Assembly: GCF_006345805.1 (NCBI RefSeq)
Contig: NC_043004.1
Coordinates: 4,154,001 to 4,218,000, forward strand
Direction: 5' to 3'
DNA length: 64,000 nt
Origin: Octopus sinensis
Taxonomy: Eukaryota
A program made the translations under genes and the position numbers. The notes below the pieces were generated by a model, which had not been told where the DNA came from, did no database searches, and saw only the letters and a list, made by a program, of their open reading frames with translations. Positions 1 to 10,732 of the stretch are shown piece by piece (positions within the stretch are counted from its first letter, which is position 1; each line of letters begins with the position of its first letter).

Positions 1-163
1 CATTATCAATATGCGTAACTTTCGAAAATCCATGTACATGGTACCTTCCTCCACCGCATGACCTGGCCTTAGGATACTTTTAGCAAAATCCCCTTTATTG
101 CAAGCAATAGCACCATTGTCTTTGGTCAAAGAATAAATTCCACTCTTCTCTCTTCTTCATCCT
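1..163 (-). other. Possible exon of a neighbouring minus-strand gene running off the window edge
   Basis: Acceptor-like ttttcattattgtttcatcag at 164-165. The frame from about 155 is open to the edge and contains ACC-ATG (39-37) giving MYMDFRKLRILIM.... The product cannot be assigned. Confidence 0.3.
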
Positions 164-798
164 CTGATGAAACAATAATGAAAATAAACGAAAATTAAAA
201 TAAAAGATTTTATTTTAAAAATGAACTGCTGTATGGTTGTGAAACCAGATTCGAAAAATAATAACAATTATGGCGAATCTTCCGAGCTCACCCTATCGAA
301 ATTTAAATCTGCTTGATAAACATGTTAGTGGAGTATCATTGACATGTAAACATATTTCTTAGCTTTAGGTAAATACATATATGTATATACATATATATAT
401 ATATATATATATGTATATAAATTCAGTATCCAGTCAACTGTGATTCAGTATCATTCGCAAATGAAACATTTCTCAAACGGTGTCACTAATAACTATAAGA
501 GATGAAGCACAGCTCTACCTTTATTTGTCTCTCCCTCCCTCCCTCTCTCTCCTCTCGCGACACACACACTTTATATAAGTGAAAGTTTGTGGAGTCATTC
601 GACCATCAAGAAATAGCAGTCAAATCTGCCTCAAATCAAATGACACCATCTTTAAAAAAAAATAATTAAATACAATAAAACAGAAAGTAGACAATGCAGA
701 CTTAGACACTTCTAAAATGGAATGTCTTGTCCATATCCCTGCAAGATGATGTTTTTTTTTTCTTGTCGACCCCCAGAAAGATAAAGGCAGAGTTAACC

Positions 799-1591
799 GG
801 TGCTACTTTGGCGTGAAATCTACAACTTAGAGGGCGATTACTTTACGTTGCTGTTTAGTTTATTTTGTGTTAGTGCTCATTTGGCGTGTGATCTACGTCA
901 GCAAATTTACTTCGGTGTGTGATAATTTTATCGATGAATTGAGCGAACATCTGCTTGAAACGCAAGAAAAAAAATCTTCAAAGCTTTGATTGAAAGGTTC
1001 TTTGGCCCACTTCTCTCGTCTTTTTCAAAAGAATCCAACCAGGTTCTTTCAGTAGCTTGAACATTGGTTCCAGTGTTTGGATCAACATAATGTCTTTGGT
1101 GGTTGACAGTAAAATGGCATAAATTTAGACGATTTACATTGGAGTATGCTGGTCATCCGTTGGAATTAATAACCAAATTTTCTACAACTTCTCTTTGAAT
1201 TATGGGTTCGAGTGTTTCACGATTTCTTTTTTCTACATAAAAATAGCAGCAATCTGCACATTCCAAACCTCTTCTAATCTCACTTTGATTGTTTCTGTTG
1301 GCTACAGATGAGGAAGAATGCTGAAGACCATTTTCTTGCGTTTCTATCAAATATTACTTCAATTCATTGATAAAATTATCTTAATAATAATAAAACCATG
1401 TTTCATTTATGTCTTAGTAAATAAAGAGGCCAAGAATAAACAATATAATTCAAATGAGCGTGTAGATCACACACCAGAGCAAATTTGCTGACGTAGATCA
1501 CACGACAAAGTAGAACTAGCACAAAGTAAATTAAAAAAGAAACCTAAAAGAATCGCCCTTTAAGTTGTAGATCACACGCCAAAGTAGTACC
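799..1591 (-). mobile_element. Merlin (ISXO2/IS1595-like) DNA transposon, internally deleted
   Basis: About 45-bp TIRs (GGTGCTACTTTGGCGTGAAATCTACAACTTAGAGGGCGATT / AATCGCCCTTTAAGTTGTAGATCACACGCCAAAGTAGTACC) and an 8-bp TSD AGTTAACC (791-798) / AGTCGACC (1592-1599). Transposase relic: YVEKRNRETLEPIIQREV...INSNG*PAYSNVNRLNLCHFTVNHQRHYVDPNTGTNVQATERTW. Confidence 0.9.
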
Positions 1592-3249
1592 AGTCGACCG
1601 CTGCGGGAATTATACAGTTACGAACAAATATTCTACCTCAGGTCAGTCTTGAACGAATGACCACCATCTCCCTTTTCATGACATAGCGTAACCGGAAATA
1701 TATTATCGAATTTGTACTTTCTTCTTTTCTTTTTAAGAACTGAAGTTTGTGATATGAGTAATGTTTCTGACATATTGAGCAACGACATAGATCTTCCGTT
1801 GGGTTATGTCTCTATGATGCATCAATAAAGAGTTCTGAAAGGATATATCATAGATATTCTAAGCCGCCCAAAACTGGATATGCAGGTGTCAACGTTTTTT
1901 GTTTATTTGCCTGTTGTTGTTTTTTCTTTTCTTTTTTCTTTTCCTTTTTTTGTTTACTTTGTTTTGTTTTGTTTTTTCACTTCGGCAATGTAAGAGATTG
2001 ACGCAATTGATGTTCTTTGGGGATTTACAAGTCGACCGCCACAGGAATCATGCGTAAAAACAGAGATCGAAGGACTGACGTTCAAGGAAAGCATGAGGAG
2101 TGGGTAGAATGTTACCTTTCTTTTTTTTTTTATTAATGAGAAGCAATAATTCCAATGACCCTTTATAGGGTCCTTCAGATAGGTGTGAGGCAGGATCAAA
2201 TGTATCCGCAAAATGGAAGCTTGACCCTAATACTTGCAACAAAGAGGATTCTGCTAAAGTTACCCAAGTGCCAGTTGGGTGATGAACTATGTATACTAAC
2301 CAAGAAGGCTATGCGGGATTTGAACTCAGAACGCAAAGATCCGGAACAAACACCGCTAGGTATCTGATCCAACGTCCGTTTCTGCAAATCCACCGATCTG
2401 GTTTGATAGTTTTTATCGACCACCAGAAAGGATGAAAAGGAAAGTTGACTTCGATGAAATTTGAAATCAGGGTGCAGAGAATCAGAACAAATACCAAATA
2501 CCAGGTATTTTGTCCGATAGTCTGACGGCTCTGCCTTAGCCATAGAATTATAATAGAACTATACAGGTGACATGAAAATGACAAAGAAATTAGTTTGGAG
2601 TACCTGTGTGGAGATAGCACTAGACCAGCCAGTTTCCAGTAACACAAACTGTAGTGTATGCCATATGCTGACGTAGATCACACGACAAAGTAGCACTAGC
2701 ACAAATCAGTTGGTGTTTATATGTAGGGCAGGTAGACTGTCCTAGGTAAATAGTAGCAGTAATCCACCGTGGGTTTTACTTGAGCTTTGTAGAAGGCTGG
2801 TAGATTTGTTAGAGAGATACTATACATATTCTGTTGTACGGAGCTCGTCTATTTTTAGTTAATATGTTGACACCTTTCAGAAAGATGATAAAAAAAAAAC
2901 AGTTATAGTTTCTTATTCTCTCGTAAACGTTTCAAAGTTATTAGCACTGTACTGTCGTATCGAATTGCCGAAAACTGTCCTTTGCTTCAGAACTCCAGCA
3001 ATTTAGCTGGTACATTATTGTGCCAAATTTTTAAAATTTTCGATAAACTTTTAATTTTTGAAATGCTGGTAGCCAAACCAACTAGAACCATTACAGAACC
3101 ATTAGAAGTTAGTGTTGAACTTACAGCGAAGTTGATTAAAAAGGTATATAAGCACAATTTAACTTCATTATTTAATTATGAATTTTATTGATATCAACAG
3201 CTATAATATCCGTCAATTGCTTGACTCAACAGCAACAGTTGAATTGACA

Positions 3250-3950
3250 ATTACGTTTTGCCAAGATATTCGACTGTTACATCGTGTGAGAGTTTGTTGC
3301 ACGTGTAACCGAAATATAGAATTGATACAGGGTAGTAAACAAATGAAAGATTGAGGTGGATTTATGAAAGACCGTGTAGAAAGGAGGAAAGCTTGAGATG
3401 CGATACGTTCTTTGCCAATAGTAATCAGGACGTAAGAGAAATTTTAATGCTTCATTTACTTCTGGGCATATGAAGAAGCAGCTGAAAGAAAATGTCAACA
3501 GGAGCTAAGATGGAATAGGGAGACTATTTGTAATTGGAAGAATTTCCTCCGGAACATATGCGCAGTTGTTTCCCTTTTTGCCGAAAAATGTTTTTAAAAA
3601 GTTAAAGAGGTTTAAAGTTTGTTAATTTTCACCCAATCAGGAAACAGGATTTGGAAGTTGTCGTTTTGTGCGTGACGGCACGTCTTGTCAACTGTAAACA
3701 AGGCAAATAAATTGGGTGGGTGGGAGTGCAGGAGGTGGGGTAATTGAAATAAAAAAAATTGGGGGAGCTAAAACATGAATCTGAAAATTTTTTCTTTGAA
3801 ATTTCCTAGGGGGAATTCCGAAGAATTGCCCATTTGATTCCTTGTAATGACATTAGTAATTCCCATTCTCTCCGGTGTCACTTCCGTACGTAAGATACGA
3901 AGTGAAAGAGGGAAAAAACGTCTGAAACGAGCATCGAATTCTAATCAAAC
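3250..3950. promoter_or_regulatory. CpG-rich promoter-like region with an ETS/GABP-type motif
   Basis: CpG density is visibly higher than in the CpG-depleted NudE introns. It contains CACTTCCG (3879-3886), GCGTGACGGCACGTC (about 3670-3684) and a G-tract segment at 3715-3740. Probably the promoter of the left-hand gene (inference). Confidence 0.35.
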
Positions 3951-4075
3951 ATGCATTAAAAAAACTGTGATATACATAAAATTAAAATAAAAACTAGAAT
4001 GTCTTTTGTTCATAGTATCAAACATATTTAGCAACGTTTAACCTAAAGTTCAAACTTGCAATAAATATCTAGAGC

Positions 4076-4465
4076 AAGGCAGCGAGCTGGCAGAATCGTT
4101 AGCACGCCGGGCGAAATGCGTAGCCGTATTTCGTCTGCCGTTACGTTCTGAGTTCAAATTCCGCCGAGGTCGACTTTGCCTTTCATCCTTTCGGGGTCGA
4201 TAAATTAAGTATCAGTTACGCGCTGGGGTCGATGTAATCGACTTAATCCGTTTGTTTGTCCCCTCTGTGTTTAGCCCCTTGTGGGTAAAGAAATAGGTAT
4301 TTCGTCTGTCTTTATCTTCTGAGTTCAAATTCCGCCGAAGTCAACTTTGCCTTTCATCCTTTCGGGGTTGATAAATTAAGTACCAGTTGCGTACTGGAGT
4401 CAATCTAATCGACTGGCTCCCTCCCCAAAAATTTCGGGCCTTGTGCCTAGAGTAGAAACGAATAA
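4076..4465 (+). mobile_element. tRNA-derived SINE family B, young, chimeric double copy
   Basis: AGGCAGCGAGCTGGCAGAATCGTTAGC...GTTCAAATTCCGCCGAGGTCGACTTTGCCTTTCATCCTTTCGGGGTCGATAAATTAAG. The core repeats at about 4300-4465 with a different tail. Confidence 0.88.
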
Positions 4466-5000
4466 ATCTCTAGAGCTGATAGTGAAAAAATCTAAGCACC
4501 ATTTTACTAGTCATCAAGGGAGATAACTTTTGTACAGCATTAATCTTCGACGTTTAGCAGTTGTCTTCCCATTTTCTTTCTGCCATGAGCCCCAGTTGGG
4601 GATCTGCTAAAAACAGTCTCACTGCCGGTTGTTCGTTGTATTTAAAGTGAATTGCTTATGTACATTGCATTTGTAGAGGTGTGTTTAACAATATTTAGTA
4701 GTTAAAGTTTGTCATTATTAGCTCTGGCTAATTCTAGAGGACATTTTATGTCATAAATCACAAATTTTGAACTACAAAAATATCAACTGCTTTGAAAATT
4801 TTTTTGTTAATGAGAAATTTTTGTTAATGAGAAAGCAAAAAAGAGTTTGTATGCACACAAATCCACACATAGCAATCATCACCATTTAACATCCATTTGC
4901 CCTGCAGGCATGAGTTGGATGGTTTGACAAGAGCTGACAAGGTCAGGAGCAGCACCAGGTTCCATGGTCTGTTTTGGCATAGTTTCCACAACTAGGTGCA

Positions 5001-5159
5001 AGAGTGGCTGTATGGTAAGTAGCTTTCTTACCAACCACATGGTTCCAGGTTCAGTCCTACTGTGTGGCACCTTGGGCAAGTGTCTTCTACTATAGCCTTG
5101 GGACGACCAAAGCCTTGTGAGTGGATTTGGTAGAGGGAAACTGAAAGAAGCCTGTCGTG

Positions 5160-5190
<31 letters not shown>

Positions 5191-5412
5191 ATGTATATGT
5201 TTGTGTGTCTGTGTTTGTCCCCCCAACATCGTTTGACAACCAATGCTGGTGTGTATACGTCCCCGTAACTTAGCAGTTCAGCAAAAGAGACTGATAGAAT
5301 AAGTACTAGGCTTACAAAGAATAAGTCCTGGGGTCGATTTGCTTGACTAAAGGTAGTGCTCCAGCATGGCCACAGTCAAATGACTGAAACAAGTAAAAGA
5401 GTAAAAAGAGAG
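5001..5412 (+). mobile_element. tRNA-derived SINE family A (head GAGTGGCTGTGTGGTAAGTAGC, core CCTTGGGCAAGTGTCTTCT...GTGAGTGGATTTGGTAGACGGAAACTGAAAGAAGC, tail GTCAAATGACTGAAACAAGTAAAAGAG)
   Basis: Near-identical copies at 10401-10732, 14715-15085, 46527-46882, 53955-54315 and 61545-61977. This copy interrupts an RTE-tail fragment (4875-5000 + 5413-5560). Confidence 0.9.
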
Positions 5413-6550
5413 TAACTGAATGCCCAATGCCAACCACTTTGCTGAGTACTGTACTGGATGCTTTTTACATGGCACCATCATGAGTGTTTTTTATGTAGCA
5501 CCAGCACTGCCTATTCTGCTCCCATGGAGAAATTTTACTGTGGTGACTGGGTCTTCTTGAGTACAGCACAGCACCATGTATCTCGGTCCTTTGTCATCAT
5601 GAGGCTCAGCATTTTGCAGTCGACCTTCGATACTTCATCCCATATCTTCCTGAATCTCCCTCTTTCACAAGTGTCATCCACTTTAAGTGATCAGCACTTC
5701 TTTACACAATGGAAATGTCAAACAGTAGAATAAAGAATAAATATAAAAAAAAAAAAATGAAAGATCAACAAAAGAGGACAACCAAGCTGAGAATATTTCA
5801 GGTTTTATATTTTATTTGTCAGTTGAAGTAAACAAAAATACAAACAACAAAATAGGCAGCCTGTAAACCATAACATCATTTTCATGATTAAATTGTATCA
5901 GTCATGTCCAACTGCGATATACCAATATATACAAAGATCATTCATTTTATATATTTTACATACTCACACATTCTCACCACCTGTCACATAGCTAACACAT
6001 GGTCACATCAATCTAACCTTCCTTTTTCTTCACAACCCCACCTACCATCTCCTATATTGTTTTATAGCCCAATTGAAGAAGTAAAGCCAGTCAGCTAATT
6101 AACTATGGCTATTTGCTGAGAAGCTACTGATTACTCTAAAGTGAAACTATAATGACTGCATAATAAATTACATATTCACTGAGTTTCCACGGTGGTGGGA
6201 GGTTTAAAAGAACATAACTAAAAGCACCACCTTCACAGTCACTGTACCACAATAGCAGCATTAACAACAGATAAACTAAATGGGCAAGATAAAGTAACTT
6301 AGCATGGAAGTTAGAAGTCCAGAGGTAGCTCGTAAATCTATTGAACTAAGAGGATATGAAAGACAAGGTATGAATTATAAAGGGTCATTTATACCAAGCA
6401 GGGAGCTGTGGAGAAAGTATGAGTGAACTCATTTGCAATAAATAGAGAATCTAAGCTGTGAAATGAGAACTCTCTCTCTGCCAACCTATCCCTTTGGAAC
6501 TATCCAACTAAAGGACTGAGTCTCAAGACATAAATATATATATATATATA

Positions 6551-6701
6551 GTGGTTGGCGTTAGGAAGGGCATCCAACTGTAGAAACACTGCCAGATCAG
6601 ACTGGAGCCTGGTGCAGCCGCTGGCTTCCCAGACCCCGGTCAAACCGTCCAACCCGTGCTAGCGCGGAAAACGGACGTTAAACGATGATGATGATGATGA
6701 T
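6551..6701 (+). mobile_element. RTE-clade LINE 3'-end fragment; other copies at 8721-8995 (+), 43165-43345 (-), 43520-43775 (+), 50400-50700 (+), 55135-55255 (+), 63301-63665 (-)
   Basis: GTGGTTGGCGTTAGGAAGGGCATCCAGC...CAACCCATGCTAGCATGGAAAACGGACGTTAAACGATGATGATG, with a (GAT)n tail typical of RTE 3' ends. The clade call is from memory. Confidence 0.7.
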
Positions 6702-6879
6702 ATATATATATATATATATTTATTTATTTAGAAGCTGGTTCAGTTTGCCAGTCTTTACTGAGTACTCTTGCACTAACATTGTCACAGGAAAACTAACTGA
6801 CCATCCCATTCTGAAGAGGAGGACAAGCATTTGATAAGATAAAACACAGAAATGCTGGTGACTCCACTGCCATAATGGA

Positions 6880-8720
6880 TGACAAGGTTATAGAATTTGA
6901 GGGAGGGGGAAGAAACTAGTTGACTCAATCAACCCCAGTTTACAACTGGTACTTTGATTTATTGGCCCAAAGTTGACCTCAGCGGGAACTGAACTCAGAA
7001 AATAGAAACATGTTTAAACCCTGCAAAAAGCATTTAATCTGCTGTTCTACCAGTTCTGTAGTTCTTCCGGCCTAATAATTTCTCACATTGGCACAAGGGC
7101 CACAAATTTGTAGGATAGGGACTTAGTCGGTCAAACTGACCCTATTATTTCACTTGTCCTTTATTTTACCAAACTTAAAAGAATGAAAGGCAAAGTCAAC
7201 CTCAGCAGGAATTGAACCAAGAATATAAAGGGTGTAACTAAAAATACTAAAGCTCCACCAATTCTGATCAATCTACCACTTTCTTTTCCATAATCTTTAC
7301 TAATGTAGGCAGTACAAGGTCACATTTATGCAGAAACAGTGGGACAGTCAATAGAAAACTGACCCTGAGATTTGACAGCTCTTTATTTCATTGACTTCTA
7401 AAGTCAACCCTGGCAGTATTTACATAGTACCAATTATGTGGGCAAGAGGCTTGTCCACTTGTTGCAAAATCCAGAGCCACATGGTGTATATGCTTTCTAC
7501 CAAAAACTGACCATTGGTATCCAACAAAGGAATGCAAACTGTTATATCTTTACTTGTGACTTTTTACTCCCTAGTAATAAATATTCATAAACAAAACTGG
7601 AATAATCAACAGAATGACAAAGTGCATTGTGTACCTTGACAGTCCGAGTTCAAATGCCATCAAGATCAATTCAGTTTTTCTTTCTGAGATTGATAAAATA
7701 AGTACTAGGTGAATGATGCAATTATCCTAGTCTACAGCAATATTCATGCTCAAAATTGCATACCTTGCTCCTATATTAGGAGTCAATCTTAGAATAATAA
7801 TAATAATCCTTTCTACTATAGGCACAAGGCCTGAAATTTGGGGGATGAGGGGACTAACTGATCACATCAACCCCATTATTCCACTGGTACCTTATTTATC
7901 AACTCCAAAAATATGCAAGGCGAAGTCGACCTCGGCAGAATTTGAACCCAGGTGAAATACCACTAAGCCTTTTGCCCAACATGCTAATGATTCCGCCAGC
8001 TTACCGCCTTCATAATATTAATAATAATCCTTTCTACTATAGGCACAAGGTCTGAAATTTGAGGAGAAGAGGCTAGTCGATTACATAACCCCAATGTTTA
8101 ACTGGTACTTATTTTATCAACTTCAACAGGATGAAAGGCAAAGTCAACCTCAGCGACATCTGAACTCAGGACGTAATGAGTAGGAAGAAATACTGCTAAG
8201 CATTTCATCCAACGTGCTAATGATTTTTCCAGTTTGCCACTTCAATAATAATAGCCATTTCTTACACAGCCATGGGGTCACAAATTTGAGGAAAGGGAAC
8301 AGTCCATCATGTTAACTACAGTACTTGACTGATACTCTATTGACCCCTGAAGAATGAAAAACAAAGATGACCATGACAGGAGTTGAACACAGAATACAAA
8401 GAGCCATAATTCAATACTTCAATGTATTTTGGCCACCACTTATGATTCTATCAATGCACAACACATTATTATTATTATTATTACTTATAAAGATGGTGAG
8501 CTGGCAGAATCATTAGCATGCTGGGCAAAATGCTTAGTGGCATTTCATCTGTCTTTACATTCTGAGTTCAAATTCCACCGAGGTCAACTTTGCTTTTCAT
8601 CCTTTAAGGATCGATAAGTTAAATACCAGTGAAACACTAAGATCGATGTAATCGACCAGTCCCCTCCCCAAAAATTTCAGGCCTTGTGCCTTTAGGAGAA
8701 AGGATTATTATTATTTATAA
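6880..8720. mobile_element. Cluster of about six old head-to-tail family-B SINEs on - (about 6880-8420) followed by one + copy (about 8490-8720)
   Basis: Repeated TTCTACTATAGGCACAAGG(C/T)CTGAAATTT ... AAAGTC(G/A)ACCTC(G/A)GC blocks. Confidence 0.75.
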
Positions 8721-9963
8721 TTGCCAGCCTCGTCTGGCCCCCGTGCCGGTGGCACGTAACAAGCACCATCCGATCGTGGCCGTTTGCCAGCCTCGTCTGG
8801 CACCTGTGCAGGTGGCTCGTAAAAAGCACCCACTACACTCACAGAGTGGTTGGCGTTAGGAAGGGCATCCAGCCATAGAAACGCTGCCAGATCAGACTGG
8901 GCCTGGTGCAGCCTTCTGGCTTCCCAGACCCCAGTTGAACCGTCCAGCCCATGCTAGCATGGAAAACGGACGTTGATGACGATGATGATGACAATAATAA
9001 TGATGTTAGACTTTATAAACAGCAATTTGAAACAAAAATAGGTGAAACAAGACAACTTATGTGAACTACATATCCATAGCTTGATGGTTAACCATTTTTG
9101 TGACTATGCTACATAGAGCCTGCCATTCCATCTATCTCAAACTAATTGTTTCTGTTTTCAGTAGTAATTATAATGATGTGATGTTGACACAAGTGAAGCT
9201 GACAGGGGAGGAATGACTTTTACAGGACAGCTACAGGAAGGTATATACAAATGAATATGACCAGAGACAACTACTTGCATAACTGCATCCCCACCACACA
9301 CACACACACACACACGTCGCTCAGTCATAATCACTTCTGTCTGTCAATTACTTTACACACATACACAGTCATAAAGGATAAGCAATACACACACACACAA
9401 ACACACACACACGACCACAAACATACAACCACATATGCACAGGCACACAAAGAAATGTGCAGGCTTGTGCTGTAAATAATGAATGAATGAATGATAGAAA
9501 GAAAGAAAGAAAGAGAGAGAGAGAGGGTGGAGGATGAGTATGAATCTGAATATTACATCAGGTTGCAGTGAGGAAAGTACAGAGATAAGAAAGTAACATA
9601 GCAACACTGCAAACCCAATAATGTGCAGCTCAAATGGAATAAATATCCAAGTGCTTAACTTCCAAACGGAATTATCGTGAAAGCCTGGCATGTTATAATC
9701 AAACATAAGCCAGAAGATATCCACATGTCTCGAATGTTGCTGCTGCAGTTATTGCTGGTGTTACTGAAGAAATTACCAAATATGGTTGTAGCTTCACATT
9801 AGGAAGAAAATGAAGGTGCTCCAGACCTTGGCACAGAATGAATGAAGTATAGAGAAGTATAGGGTGCGTAGCAGAGCATGAAAAAAAAGACAAAGAGAGA
9901 GAGGCTTCAAGTTTTGTAGGACGTAGTAAGTACATGAGCCATAAATATCTGAGTGTGTATGTA

Positions 9964-9981
9964 TGTGTGTGTGTGTGTGTG

Positions 9982-10041
<60 letters not shown>
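9964..10041. repeat. (TG)n(TA)n compound microsatellite
   Basis: Direct reading; it explains the YIYI/VCVC ORFs in the track. Confidence 0.98.
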
Positions 10042-10045
<4 letters not shown>

Positions 10046-10400
10046 CACGCACACATACATAAATACAAAGACAGACACACTTACACAAGCACATTAGCAT
10101 GTACAAAGATTAAAACTATTCCATATAATGCAGTCATGTTTGTTTATCTATTCAAAGCTGATGGTTTAGTCCAACACTTAAGCATTTTATTCAATATATT
10201 GCAATAATTCGGGAAACAAAATGCTGCAAATGCCAGAGTATATAGCAGCATAAACTCTCAGCATGTTTATGGTCAAGAGAGAAGTCTCTATGGTTGGTGG
10301 ACTCTGAATGACTGCAGTAAATGGACAGGATCTGGTGAAAGTTTTTCAACCAGATTGTTTGTTTTATTTTATTTTCTGTGAACTTCATTCTATATATAGG

Positions 10401-10732
10401 CACAGGAGTGGGTGTGTGGTAAGTAGCTTGCTTACCAACTACATGGTTCTGGATTCAGTCCCACTGTGTGGCACCTTGAGCAAGTGTCTTCTACTATAGC
10501 CTCGGGCCAACCAAAGCCCTGTGAGTGGATTTGGTAGACGGAAACTGAAAGAAGCCTGTATGTATATATGTGTGTGTTTGTCCCCACCACCATTGCTTGA
10601 CAACCTATGTTGGTGTGTTTACGTCCCTGTAACTTAATGTTTCAGCAAAAGCGACTGATAGAGTAAGCACTAGGATTACAAAGATTAGTCCTGGGGTTAA
10701 TTTGTCCAACTAAAGACTGAAACAAATAAAAG
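10401..10732 (+). mobile_element. SINE family A copy
   Basis: Same head, core and tail as 5001-5412, tail partly deleted. Confidence 0.88.

Noticed and set aside
810-1580. GTAGATCACAC repeats as a CRISPR-like array
   Set aside because: They are inverted between the two ends and irregularly spaced; they are Merlin subterminal repeats.
9699-10207. ORFs with YIYIYI/VCVC runs (also 4879, 5028, 15090, 37370, 37501, 61518)
   Set aside because: Translations of (TA)n/(TG)n microsatellites and SINEs.
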